Source: the human T2T-CHM13v2.0 reference genome, Homo sapiens. From it: DNA of 64,000 nt. Below are positions 15,515-30,857 of the stretch, one piece after another (the first letter of the stretch is position 1; every line of letters starts with the position of its first letter). The stretch is from the NCBI RefSeq assembly GCF_009914755.1, contig NC_060925.1; one strand, 5' to 3'. The notes under the pieces were generated by a model, which did no database searches, was not told the DNA's origin, and worked only from the letters and a program-made list of their open reading frames with translations. The translations under genes were made by a program, and so were the position numbers.

Positions 15515-16869
15515 TGAAAGGGGCTGTATCTTACTTGCCCCTTTTTGCATTTATTCATGTGGATACATAGATGCTCATTCGCTTCAATTCATTGAACATC
15601 TGCTACTGGCCAGGGACTTTTTCCCTTTTGGAAGGAGACCCAGATACCCTCCAGACATAGGTCCGGCCTCTCAGGAGTTTTCATTCTCCTGAGAGAGGAG
15701 AGAGACTTGTTGAGCTATGCGTGGAGTGCTGCCTGACAGCTTGCTATTTTCTTTCTTTCCTGTGAGATAAAAATGTACCTTATGGTATTACTTTATTTTA
15801 ATTCTGCCATGACATTTGTGGCGGTTGTTTTAAGATTCAGAGATTACTGGGTGTTGATCTCCTTATGATACTCTCGGTTCCTAATTATGTTAGAAAAAAA
15901 AGCAAAGCGGGAACTTGGCTTTTGTGTTGCCTTCACAGAGTGTGGAGGTTGAAAACATCTCAGCGCACTTCACGGAGGTTCTCAGAGACCCCATAAGTTT
16001 CTGGAAAAGTGGGAAACGCAAACCTGTCAACCTGTCAGTCTCTCCCCTCTCACGGAAGCCTGACATGTAAATCTCAAGTTGTTAAACCTGCTGTCAAATG
16101 AGCTGCCTCCACTGAAGACTCCCCTCCGCTCCTCGCACTCTCATCACTGCCCCTCACTCTCTGTCCCCACAGCACAGGGACAGCCTCCGCAGACTCCCGT
16201 GTGTGTGCTCTGGAGAGAAAAGATTCTGGATTTGGGCGGTCTCACCTCCAAAATTGCAGCCCCTAAGGGGAGCCGTGCTAAGGTGTGATACAGGCCATGC
16301 CCCTTCTAGCCCCATGGGACACCTGACTGATAGCAGCCTGTGCAGATGTGAGGAACAGAAGGTGGCCCCAGACCCCTTAGGAGAAACCAAAGTGCCTCAG
16401 AGACAGGACAAGTGCTACCCCGGAGGCCAGTCACCAGGTGACCTGGGAGCTGGGAACCTTTTCAGCCTATGGGTGGCTGTTTATCACGAGGGGCATTAGA
16501 CAGACAGGAGGCAGTGCTGAAATTCAACAGCACAAAGCAATTTCCAGCTTCATCTTGGCTTATTAATAATGAAACAGCAATAGCGCAGGCACAAATCAAC
16601 AGTAAGTAGGTGGGTGGGTGAGACAAGTTGGACATTTGGGGAACAGCCTGGGCAGCTACCGATACAGAGGGAAGCCATTTGGTGTGTGTACCTCCCCTCT
16701 TCCCTGGGATAGGAGCAAACCTGAAATGAGAACGGCAGTCATCTGCACACAAAAACTAGGTTAGGAAACTGTTTTCTAAGGGGCCAGGTTGGGTCACTCT
16801 TTGTGACAAGAACCGTGTGAACCACTTCTTACCTGTAATTCTGACTCAGCATTGATATTTGAAAATTCT

Positions 16870-17095
16870 TCCCTAGGGCTGGGTACTGAGTACTGTTCTG
16901 AGTGCATTACATACAACAGCTCATTTACATACGTAATACATTCACATACATCAATCATTTGCATGTATCAACTCATTTATGTACATCAACTCATTTGCAT
17001 ACCTCATTTCATTTGTACATAACTCATTTGCATATACCAACTCATTAAAGTTGTCTCTTTTACTAGTGAGGAAACTGAGGCCTAGAGAGTCATGT
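16870..17095. repeat. MIR relic containing a degenerate ~17-18-bp tandem repeat (aactcatttgcatacatc-like)
   Basis: Recurring (c)tcattt units at 16919-17046; MIR core tttactagtgaggaaactgaggcctagaga follows. Confidence 0.7.
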
Positions 17096-18067
17096 GCATG
17101 CTGCATCTCTGCATGCTTCCTCTGATGGTTTGATGTGGGTCAATCCTACGTCTGTGCACATCTTAACAACTATCGTAGGTGTAGGGTGCCTTTGGTTTAC
17201 TAGAGGTTTCATCAGTCCACCTGATTCTCACTACTGACGTAAATGTCAGAGGTGGTCCTGCCTCTTCTCAGTCTCCATCCCAAGGCTCTTTACAGCTTTC
17301 TGTGGCCTGATTTTCTTGCTGTGGATGCTGAAGGGCACTCTTCAGTGGTTTCTCCCAGGGCCGTTGCGGATTGCAGCTGTTTCATACCCAGATGACCTGG
17401 GGGGCATCTTCAGTGTGTGCAGATCAGACTCAGCACTGATACTCGTCCTCCAGCCGTACTTTGTCTCCGCGGTGGTGCTCAGACTTAAAGCACTTCTCAG
17501 CTGTGCTAGTGGTCCCTTCAGAGAACGAATTATGCTGAGGCAGAGAGGGACCTGGGGAGGGTAGGGAAGGTCACAAATTAAACAGCAGATTAGAGGACAG
17601 AAATTCGGTTTGTGGCTTTAATATTTTATACTCAGTATGACAGGCAGACTCTTCAAAAAAACATAACCTAGTGGCCCAAATCGCAATTTTACGTTATACT
17701 TTCAATATAGGAGGACCCTCACATTGCTTAAAAGGGGTCTTCAGGGAGAAATTTACCCAAAATTTCATGCTTGGCTCCGTGGTGACGGCACATCCTCACT
17801 CTGAGAACCAGGACCGGCCTCGGGAGTCCAGGTTCTGTTCCCAGTTTGTATGCACACCGATTTCCCCACTGTCTGTCACAACCAGTCAACTTCCCATGTG
17901 TTAACAGTTACTGAATCTACCTGTCCGCACGTGGCCAAGCCCCGCCCCCGCCTTCCCCCATGCTCTTCTCTCTGCCTGGCCAACTCCTCAATCTTGGCAA
18001 AGTCCTTCAGAACCCTTGGGTAGTGTGAGTTACCTTCCTTTGTATAGAATCTGAAAAATCATTGCCC

Positions 18068-18368
18068 TTTTTTTATTAGAGTCAGGATCTCATTGCTCTG
18101 TCACCCAGGCTGGAGGGCAGTGGTGCAGTCATAGCTTACTGCAGCCTCAAACTCCGGCAGGTCTCAAGTGATCCTCCTGCCTCAGCCTCCCGAGTAGCTG
18201 GGACTATAGGCATGCGTCACCATGCCTGACTAATTGTGTTATTCTTTGTAAGAGATGGGCTCTCACTGTGTTGCTGAGGCTGGTCTCGAACTCCTGGCTT
18301 TAAGGGAATCCTCCTGCCTCAGCCTCCCAAAGTGATAGAATTACAAGTGTAAGCCACCACACTTGTCC
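18068..18368 (-). mobile_element. AluJ
   Basis: J-type motifs; TSD ATCATTGCC at 18058-18066 and 18369-18377. Confidence 0.92.
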
Positions 18369-19004
18369 ATCATTGCCTTTTAATCTTTGCATCCTGCCAC
18401 CTCCCCAGCACAGCCAGCATAGGAGCCGGCACTTAGTACATGTTTGTTTGGGGAATGAATGTGAGGTCACTAGTCAATGATTCTGAAATGAGTCTATTGA
18501 AGGTGGAAACCAGCACAATTCAAATGCTTTGCGTTAAATGCCAGTCAGTGTCTCTTCCCAAAGACCCCCACTGAACCCATCAGATGTAAAATCCCCCATT
18601 TTATCACCGAACAACCTGTTTCCACCCATTTCCCTTATTCACTAAACAACCCGTTTCCACCCATTTCTCTTGTTCCTTCTTATTGCAGTGGGGGACGTGT
18701 CTTTGCCTTCTTTCAAGGGTTAATGTTTCCAAGTGGGTTCTATCTTCTCAAGGATCACTGGTCTTTCGCATATACCCTCTTGCTCCCGAATCATTAAGAA
18801 CTCCTGCCCATTGGATGATGTTGCTGTATCTCCAATTATATTTTGAAACTTTCTCCCTCTCACTTACTCCTCCACGTGTCCCATTTCTCTGCCTTCTTAA
18901 TGGCCACTTCTCAAACACATGGCTGACAGATTCCGGAGGCCTTCAACTCCCACCTATGAAGCAGCCAGTGGCCTCGGGAGTGGGGCTGCTTGAGACTGTG
19001 GGAA

Positions 19005-19143
19005 CGATGTTTTCGTTAAGAATGGACTGCCTGTATAATGGTGGTCCCATAAGATTATAATACTGTGTTTTTACTACACCTTTTCTATGTTTAGGTATGT
19101 TGTTTAGATTTAGAATATGTAACGCAATTACCGCTGCGTTACC
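19005..19143 (+). mobile_element. Tigger3 (MER7/GOLEM) 5' fragment
   Basis: ggtggtcccataagattataatactgtgtttttactacaccttttctatgtttag matches the recalled Tigger3 consensus. Confidence 0.75.
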
Positions 19144-20046
19144 AGCAATCCCAAGAGGACCCCAGACCCTCTGAAGGAAGCGGGCTCCTGCAGGACCCGG
19201 GAGACAGTGTTGAACTTGACCTTGCTCTCCTCCTCGGGTCAGGCCTGCCGACCCTGCACTACAGGTTCCTTTTTCTCTCCCTGTCCGTGCATCCATCTGT
19301 TTCTGCACTCTCTTCGGTGCATCCTCTGAACCACCAGAATTAGGTTCCTCCACACCAAATGTGATCATTTCATTTCGCAGCTAGATTGCTCGTGAACAGC
19401 TAAGCAGGTCACGCTGAGCTCGACACAGTCCAATCCCAAGTACCAGTCAGGCTCCCACCGTCCCTTCCTATCCCAAAATGTCACCTCCCCTGTGTTGCAG
19501 CCACACTGAAGCCTCAATGTCCCCTAAACATTCCAGACCCTCTTGTGACTCTGAGTCTCTGCCCCTGGGTTCACGCCACTTAGAATGAGCTTCCCCCCAT
19601 TTTCTGCGATACACACTGTCACTTTCCCTGGGAACAGATTCGACCTGGGCAGAATGCTCTTCAGTTTGTTCCTATCTCTGCCGGGATCTATATGTTCTGG
19701 ACTCTCTTCTACGACACGGAGACCTTTCCCGGAGCAGGAACGGGGCCACGGCCGTGTTTGCATTTTCTGAACCCAGGATGGTGCCACTGTGGTTTGTTCT
19801 CCCCGTTCAAGTGTTGCTGACTGGTGGGGAGGGACAGCATCGCCTCAGTGAAAGTTTTGGGTTAAACACTGTCTGCAGTAATTCAAAAGGATAAGAAGGA
19901 CTCCTTTCACTGTGCATCTTTAGACGAAGCATCAACAAAGGCTTTTTCACTGAAATCCAAACTCAAGGTGTATACATGTCACCTCCCAGCACAGCAAATG
20001 GCACAGACTCGAGGGAATGTTTTCCTTCCGGAACAACATTATAAAG

Positions 20047-20370
20047 CAGCAGCCCCCAGCCTGTAGGCACCAGGGACTGGTTTCACGGAAGACAGTTTTC
20101 CCACGGACCAAGGGTGGTGGTGGGGGATGATGATTTCAGGAAGATTCCAGTGCATTCCATTTATCATTAGATTCTCTCAAGGAGCGTGCAACCTAGACCC
20201 CCACATGCACAGCTCACAATAGGGTTTGTGCTTCCATGAGAATCTAATGCTGCTGCTGATCTGACGGGAGGCAGAGTTCAAGTGGTAACGCTTACCTTCT
20301 GCTGTGTGGCCTGCTTCTTAACAGGACACCGACTAGCACTGGTCCGTGGCCTGGGGGTTAGGGAGCCCTG
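20047..20370 (+). mobile_element. MER1B (hAT-Charlie MITE)
   Basis: ggcaccagggactggtttcacggaagacagttttccc...gagaatctaatgctgctgctgatctgac...gggggttagggagccctg. Confidence 0.85.
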
Positions 20371-20401
20371 CTCTGTTACAGAGAACAAAATTTGTTACGT
20401 A

Positions 20402-20496
20402 GGGATCACTTGAGCCCAGGAGTTCAAGGCTGCAATGAGCTATGATTGTGCCACTGCTTTTCAGCCTGGCTGAGCGAGACCCTCTCTATAAAAAAT
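20402..20496 (+). mobile_element. Old Alu monomer fragment (FRAM/AluJ right arm)
   Basis: ggatcacttgagcccaggagttcaaggctgcaatgagctatgattgtgccactgc. Confidence 0.8.
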
Positions 20497-20575
20497 TTTT
20501 TTAAAGAGTAAAATTTGTATAGTTTTTGGGAATTTACTATGGTGATATTTTATAGCGCTGTCAGGAATGCTCTAG

Positions 20576-20945
<370 letters not shown>

Positions 20946-21120
20946 TCTGATGCGTTCTTGCCGGTCATTTGTACAGTGTTGCTTGCATGTGAGTTCTTCT
21001 TCAGGTCGAGATTAAGGGTATGACATTAGTACTAACCATTATTCAACCTCTGAAATATACGCACATGGGACAAAGGAGATAATTTCATTTACTTATGTGG
21101 CCTTACTTTGAAGATATTCA

Positions 21121-21536
21121 TATGTTAGTCCATTTTGCATTACTATAAAAAATACCTAAGGCTGGGTAATTTATAAAGAGGTTTAATTGGCTCATGGTTC
21201 TGCAGCTGTACAGGAAGCATGGTGCTAGCATCTCCTTGGCTTCTAGTGAGGCCTCAGGAAGCTTCCGATCATGGCAGAAGGTGCAAAGGGAGCAGGCATG
21301 TCACATGGCAAGAGTGGGAGCAATAGAGAGAAGGGGGAGGCCCCAGACTCTTTAAAACAACCATTTCTCACATGAACTAACTGAGCGAGAGCTCACTGAT
21401 CACCAAAGGATGGTGCTAAGCCATTCATAAGGGATCTGCGGCCATGATCCAGTCACCTCCCAGCAGGCCCCACCTCCAGCACTGGGGATTACATTTCAAC
21501 ATGAGATTTGGAGGGGCAAACCTCTGAGCCATATCA
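21121..21536 (-). mobile_element. MSTA-like (ERVL-MaLR) solo LTR
   Basis: ttagtccattttgcattactataaa...ggctgggtaatttataaagaggtttaattggctcatggttctgcag...aacatgagatttggaggggc...atatca. Confidence 0.88.
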
Positions 21537-22003
21537 CCATAGTTAGTGCATGCCAGATGATTTTTGCGTTTCCCACAGGATGTCAGTGAGCCTTTTTCTC
21601 AGTCATGGCCAGCCCCAACAGAGAGGCAAGATGAGTTCCTCTTGGTTGTGATGCCTCTTTTCTTTTCAGTTCACACTTTATGCCCTTTGGCTTGCTGCCA
21701 GGTGCTACCTTTCACCCAAAAGAACCACAGGCTCCTCACGGATTTTGCATTCCTTCAGGGTCCTGCCAGTTACTGGCAAATTCAATGATAATTGTGCTCA
21801 CTGTATAAAATACTTTCTGGAATAAGGTAAAATATGAATGAAAAAATGCACAAATGCCAAACAAATACAGTTGCTTGTGCTGAGATTTTGTTTTAAAGAA
21901 GAAAGAGAAAAACAAAGAAATTAAGGACAGCATTGCGATCACTTTTCTTCCTCCAAACAAAAGCTTTCAAGCGCAACATGTTGATTTTTAAAATTCCTTT
22001 CTG

Positions 22004-22317
22004 GGCTGGGCGTGGTGGCTCACACTTGTAATCCCAGCACTTTGGGAGGCCAAGGCAGGCGGATCAGAAGATCAGGAGTTCGAGACCAGCCTGGCCAACA
22101 TGGTGAAACCCCATCTCTACTAAAATACAAAAATTATCCAGGCATGGTGGTGTGTGCCTCTAATCCCAGCTACTCAGGAGGCTGAGAGAGAAGAATCACT
22201 TGAATCCGGGAGATGGAGGTTGCAGAAAGCCGAGATTGCACCACTGCACTCCAGCCTGGGTGACAGAGTGAGACTCCAACTAAAATAAATTAATAAATAC
22301 ATGAATAAATAAAAAAT
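22004..22317 (+). mobile_element. Full-length AluS (Sg-like)
   Basis: TSD AAAATTCCTTTCTG at 21990-22003 and 22318-22331. Confidence 0.95.
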
Positions 22318-23256
22318 AAAATTCCTTTCTGTAGCCACTGTGAGCCAAAAGCACGGGCTTAAACTGCAGAGTGCTGTGTGTGCACTCACAAATCCCAGGT
22401 TCCCAGAGTGGAGAGCCCTGCACCCCAGCCGCGGCCAAGGGTCAGAAGTAGCAACTGGTGATTAATCAAGTGGCTCCTGTCTTAGGACAGTCAGCGTTTA
22501 TTGTCTCTGCAGGCCAGACTATAGAAATAAGCAGACCCACAAAAGCCAGCAATTAATATTTCCCCGGAGAGATTCCAGATGCTGCCGGGTGGACTGTGAC
22601 ATGCTAGCATTCTTCCTGCTCCTGATTTATTCCATTGTGTGGAAGAGCTTCCACAGAAATGACTCTTTGGATTTTTCAGGAAATGTTTCAAGCCTTCTTA
22701 TTCAGACACCCTTTCAGCGTCCAGTGATGGACGAAGCTGTGCCCTAGAGTCCCACCTTCCCAAACAGTGGGCAACTTGCTTTCTCCAGCCTCCTGTCCCC
22801 TTCCGAGCACCCTTCACCCCTCCCATCCCCAGGAGTCGCTGAATAGGTCCCATGGGAGAGAAATGACAGCTTGAAGTGATGACCCATCCCACCCCATCAA
22901 ATGTTGGCATTTTACTCTGGCCTCCAAAGGCATGGGGGGATGACCCATGGCAGGAATACAGGCCTTACAGAGAGGTTCACTCCAACCAAACCATGCTGCT
23001 CCCCCAGTGGCCCACCATGAAAACCTCTGGAAAACCAACTTATTTGCCAAATGACTCCCATGAGCAGGCCTTTGCAAAATTTCAGAGTGTTGTACAGCTG
23101 CATCCCAGGACAAAACTCTTTCTTTTCAGTACTAACAGTGCAAGTAGAATAGGGTCGTGGTGGAGCATCCCATTGTCTTCATTCCTGGTCCACTAATTTT
23201 CATCTGAGTTAAGAGTTTTGGGTTTGAATTCAAGGGAAATGAAAAGTTCTTAAAGG

Positions 23257-23539
23257 GGCCGGGCACGGTGGCTCACACCTGTAATCCCAGCACTTTGGAA
23301 GGTGGAGGCAGGCAGATCACCTGCGGTCTGGAGTTCAGGACCAGCCTGGCCAGCATGGCAAAACCCCGTCTCTACTAAAAATTAAAAAAAATAGCCGGGG
23401 TTAATCCCAGCTACTCAGGAGGCTGAGGCAGGAGAATTGCTTGAACTTGGGAGGTTCAGTGGAGGTTGCAGTGAGGTTGCAGTGAGCCGAGATCATGTCC
23501 CTGCACTCCAGCCTGGGCAACAGAGTGAAACTCCATCTC

Positions 23540-23569
<30 letters not shown>
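23257..23569 (+). mobile_element. AluS with a deletion at the start of the right arm and a triplicated gaggttgcagtg motif
   Basis: Alu dimer with a long pure A tail; decayed TSD AAG(T/C)TCT(T/C)AAAGG. Confidence 0.92.
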
Positions 23570-23570
<1 letters not shown>

Positions 23571-23588
23571 AGCTCTCAAAGGGCCTGA

Positions 23589-23877
23589 GCCAGGCACCGT
23601 GGCTCATACATGTAATCCCAACACTTTGGGAAGCCAAGGCAGCAGGATCACTTGAGCTCAGGAGTTCAGCCTGGGCAACAGAGTGAGACTCTATCTCCAC
23701 AAAAAATGTTTTTTAAAAATTAGCCAGGTGTGGTGGTGCATGCCTGTAGTCCTGGTGGGTGGCCAAGTCAGGAGGATCGCTTGAGCGTAGGAGGTTGAGG
23801 CTGCAGTGAGCTATGATCATATCCCTGCCCTTCAGCCTGGGCAACAGAGTGAGACCTTGTCTCAAAAAGGAAAAAGA
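23589..23877 (+). mobile_element. AluJ
   Basis: J-type motifs (gaggctgcagtgagctatgatc). Confidence 0.9.
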
Positions 23878-24702
23878 AAATGGCTTGAAAGGCATGTGAG
23901 ACATTACATAGTTTGAGGTATTTCCTTTGCTATATGCAAAGGCATAAAAATGAACAGGGAGCTAGCGGTTTATTGCTGGTCCGAACCAGCAACATCACAG
24001 CTGGCCCTGGGCGTCACAGGGTCTCATGGGGGTACCTTAAGAGGATTCTTAAATGAAACTCAGAACACAGAGAAGTAGTTGATTTTGTGTCTTGCATGTT
24101 CTGACTCTTCATTTAGTGTCACAGCAAGGGTCAAGGATATGGGAAATCATAAACAATCCCAAGAGTTTCATGATCTTTGAGAATCTTAAAGCTTCATCTA
24201 AGCTATGCTTTTGAATTGGGCAGAACCAGAATGGATACAAGATGAATACAGTTCAAATGATTCTAAAACTAGAGATTAAATCCTGTGAATTTCCTACTCT
24301 CAGCAGGAGGAGATTACAACTATTTCCAGGTTTAAGATGATGAACATGATTGGTTTTGCCCCGTGCTCACTGGGCTCAGATGAGAAATAGCTTTAAGGTG
24401 CATCCAGGGTTTGGTTGGTTGTGAAGAAGAATATTCCTTGTCGTCAATGAATAAATGTTGTGATAGGTCATTAGAGGAGGATCTAGAGCCCTTTGCTGGA
24501 AATTGTTTGAATTTGAAGCCAGAGAAGTAAGCAAGTAACCACTTTGTTCTCCTTCTTTCTCTTTGTTTACTCCATTGTACATTGACTGTCTCCCAAAGTA
24601 TCCCACCGAGCCTTAAGAAAAAGTTCCCCTTAAAGATAACAGAACTGGAGGATTCAGCTAGGGGCTTTTTGATTAGTCAAGAAGCCTTTGATTGGATGGA
24701 CA

Positions 24703-25166
<464 letters not shown>

Positions 25167-25236
25167 ACCTTGATTGATGATCCAATATAGTTCTTTTGTT
25201 GTTCTTTGGGCCTTCTTTTTTTTTTTTTTTTAATGA

Positions 25237-25589
<353 letters not shown>

Positions 25590-28500
25590 TGAGAAAAATA
25601 TTTTTGATTTCCACTTTATAGATGAGAGAATTGAAATTCAGGTTAATGATGCCACTCAGGCTTGAAACTTCAGCATCATTTTTGTGTTTCTTCTGCACAT
25701 CCCACATTCGGTCCATCACCAAATTCTGTTAATTTTTTCCTCGTGATGTTACTGGCATCTGTCTTTTTCTCATCACATCCACTGATACCAACTGGGGCTT
25801 TCTGGATGATTATACTGGATTTTTCCATTACCTTCCACATGCTGGTCTTACCTCCTTGATGCCTCCCGTAAGTATTTTGGATCTTGGGAATATGAATTCA
25901 TGTCTGTTCCCTTCGTTTGGCACCCCCATGGGTTGTGGGCACAGAGGCAGGGAGGCTCTGAGAGGCATGGGCCAGGAAAGGCTTTTCAGAGATTTCTGAG
26001 CATACCTGTGTCCCTTACACCTTATTCTAATTCACACCAGCTCTTGGTGTTTGCTCTTCGACTGTGGACCTCTGTGGATGGTAGACAATTTGTGTGAGTC
26101 CACGAGCCCTTCAGTGTTAAACATCATTAAACATAAGGTCGCAAAAGTCAGCTGATGCTCAAACTGAAATTGTTGTATTTTGTTTTGTTTTATGTTATTT
26201 TGTTTCCCAGAATGAGGATATATTGGTCTTATTGTGCTATGTGTTAGAGCCACATATTCTTTCTTCTGATTCTGTGTTCACATTGCCTTCCAGATATCAT
26301 CAAATCTAACATGTTAAAATCTAACATAATGAGTGAAAATATATCAGCGAGAATGATAATAGTATCTGCTTTCTAATCCATGTGTTCATCATGGGAAATA
26401 ACAAAGCTGCATCATATCCTGTCTTGTTTCTATCATGTCCTCTTCTCCAGTTAGATCCTAAGTCCCTCCATGACAAAGACCTGGATTCGTTCACACATTT
26501 AGTGATTCAGCAAAACACCTAGTAAGTACCCCTTGTGTGGAAAGCCCTGTACTTGCCTTTGGTCCTATGGGAGTTGCGTTGCTTGATGTTAGTGATGTAC
26601 CTAAGGGTGGTGTTAGGACTGACCGGGGCTCCCCTCCCAAGCCCCACCTATGTTTTTAATCACAATACCATGCAACTTCCAAATCAACGCTGTTGATAGA
26701 AAGACACCTACCCAGCTCTGAAGAGTTATTTGGTCCCTAGATCAAGGGGCAGATAAGTCAGATTTCCAGAAAGATAGAGCCTGCCTCTTTGTCATTCCAT
26801 CTCCACTATTCCTTCACTGATGAGAAAGTGATCAGATCAGAACTGATGTTGTATAAACTGCTCTGTAATTCCTGCCTGATTGGCTTTTCTTGAGAGGTGC
26901 CTGTCCATTAGCTTTTGCCTTCCTTTTGTCAGGCTCTCTAAACACTTTAAGTAACAGAATCAATTAAGCCTTCCTCACGATTTTAGAAAACTAAGTGGTA
27001 GCTCAGGAGGGGAGTCATCCTAACAAGCTGTCTGTGTAGACAGTGGATTCTGTATTGTCGCTTTTGTTTCTCAAAGGTTTGGGTTTGGTCAGAGGTTACC
27101 AAGGAACCTTCGCTATATTTCCACAGATTCTTTTGTGAGCCTCTAGTTCACGCCCTGTAAGGACATTCATCCTTCTCTGTCCTTGGGAGACGTAGGAAAA
27201 TTATTTCCTGGAGAAATCAGGCGCTTGTAAGAGCCAGCCTTTCAAAGAGGTATCTACCATCAAAGGGGCTAATCGTCCGAGTGACAGACACGCATGGCTG
27301 GCTTCCCTCTTTACTCTGCCTTGATTGAGACAAGATGAGCGTGCTGCTGGCCTTAGCAATGGGGGATTCTGTTAGAACAATATCCTCAGGGAATAGCTTT
27401 TATCTGCTAAGTATGACAAGTGTGGCAACTGTGCACAGAGTCCAGATCTCACGACCTCGCTTTGCAAAGGCTACAAGACCAAGGGCTTGTGTACCTGCCC
27501 CAACAGAGACAGGCTGACTCTTACTACGTGGCCGTAGGAATGGTTTGCCCTTGCTCAGGACTTATTTACCTAATGTCGTTTGGCCTGGAATGTTTCAGAG
27601 CACCCTTTCATGCCTGGTCAGGGTTGTGATCCCTTTTGGAGACAGAAGGAGGTAGACGTGCTTTTGTGTTTCCGACACTGAGGACATTGAGGTTCTGGGG
27701 GATTCATCACTTAGCTCCCAACTCTTATTGGGAGCAGAAGTGCCACTGGAGTAGGGTGGCTGGTTTGAGGGTGTGGCCCCGGGAAAGGTGGCAGGACACA
27801 CTTCTCTTGTTCTCCAGCCCATTTTCAGGCACGGTATCCTGCGCTGCTAGCACCGTAGCCATCACTGACCTCAGGACCCTCCCGGTGAACACTCAGTTAA
27901 AATTCCTACTCGCTGCAGTGGGAAATTTTATGTTATGTGAATTTTATCTCATGATTAAAATTAAAAATGAAATTTTAAAAATGAAATATTCAGTTGCCTT
28001 TCCTAGAAGGAATCATCCCGATGATACTATTCCTTACTTCTCACATTCATCCCATTCTAATGCCCACATTTACTTCATAATGTATTACCTACGTATAGTG
28101 TATGTTGTTCGCTTCATTTAGCATGACCCTATGAAATGCCTGTGTGACCAAAAGCAGATCAACTGATAAGGCCTTTTGTGGCTCAGATGTGTCTTTGCGG
28201 GGAAATGGTCAGGCGTCCTCTGTTGGCAAGGGCACCTGTCCCAAGCAGAAATGGAGAAACACGTCCTCACCTCCTCCTGCCACCTGCTCTGAACAGATTC
28301 TGTAGCGTAAAATTCTTTATAAATACACATATCAATGGAGTTCTTGACATTTTGCCCAGAACCTGAGGAAGAATAAAACCTTTCTTGTCCAACTAAAACA
28401 CACACGGAATAACAAGCAAAAGCAAAAGAGAAATCCCAAGAAAACAGACCAGAAACAAAGGGTTATGCTCCGTCATTGTCCCCAAGAGGGTTACACATGA

Positions 28501-28595
28501 GACTCACAGGGCAAATTTTATCTAAATTAAAATGCTGATTTTTCACATTACAGGCCCAAAGTTTACCGAGGTCACAGTGCTTTTAAAATTAATGA

Positions 28596-28900
<305 letters not shown>

Positions 28901-29064
28901 AATAATGAGTGAAGATTAGCTTCCTCTGAAGTCAGTTCCTTGTGGATCATCTTATTGCTTATTTTTTAACTTATTTGATATCTCACTGACCCCTCCCGAG
29001 GCAGAAATTTGCTTTTGCTCATTGCAAACTGGCCAAGGAAAAAAAAAGAACAATTTCCTCTATA

Positions 29065-29423
29065 GAGTAGTTCCCCCTTATCCTCAGATAGCCTTCCAAG
29101 ACTCCCAGTGAATGCCTGAGACCTCAGAAAGTACCGAGCCCTGTATGTGCTGTTTTTCTGATCTGGTAACCAGGGCGGCTACTGAGTGGTTAACAGGCAG
29201 GCAGTGTAGACAGCAGGAGGTGCTGGGCAAAAGGAAGACTCACATCCCAGGCAGGACGAAATGAGATGGGGTGAAATTTCATCACACTACTCAGAATGGT
29301 GTGCAGTTTACAACTTATGAATTATTTATTTCTGGAATTTTCCACTTAATATTTTCAGACTAAGGTTGACTGTGGGTAACTCAAACCTTGGAAAACAAAA
29401 CCGTGGGTAAGGGAAGACTGCTT
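29065..29423 (-). mobile_element. MER44A (Tigger-derived MITE)
   Basis: Terminal inverted repeats agtagttcccccttatcc / gggtaagggaagactgct; TA flanks; internal tttcatcacactactcagaatgg...tttatttctggaattttcca. Confidence 0.85.
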
Positions 29424-29511
29424 TAAGATCTGAGAATGAGGACTGACATGTTTTGGTTTGGCTGGTGGTTTCAGATCCAACCTCAGTAGTTCCTAGAGAC
29501 CATTTAATTTG

Positions 29512-29806
<295 letters not shown>

Positions 29807-30206
29807 TAATTTGAATAAGTGCCCAAGAAGCAAAGGACTGAGCCAGGCAAGATGATCTGAGAGCAGGAAGGTGTGGCCAGGCTGGCTGAGCCATGAACAG
29901 GCTGGTTGCTCCAGGGCCGGTGTCTCCCCTGGAAGGTTCTGGAGTTCAGGCTGTGTTGGAGTCCACCTTCTGCCCCTCAAGTCCATGGCAGGGCCGTTGA
30001 CTGCTGCTCTTGCCTGAGTCTCCTGGTTGCAAAGGCCAGGCAAGGCACTGCCTAACGTTGTGACTAACATCGTGGGTGTGACGGGGAGTCAGGGTGGCTT
30101 CTCTGTTGCCCCAAGTATGCCCTGCACATCACCATCTTCCTTTTCAAAGAATGGTGAAAATAGGAATTGTGCTCTTTAGGGAAGATTGTCTTTTTTATAT
30201 CTTTTT

Positions 30207-30857
<651 letters not shown>

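Noticed and set aside
18595-18670. Two copies of aacaacc(t/c)gtttccacccatttc
   Set aside because: Simple ~35-bp tandem duplication with no sign of function.
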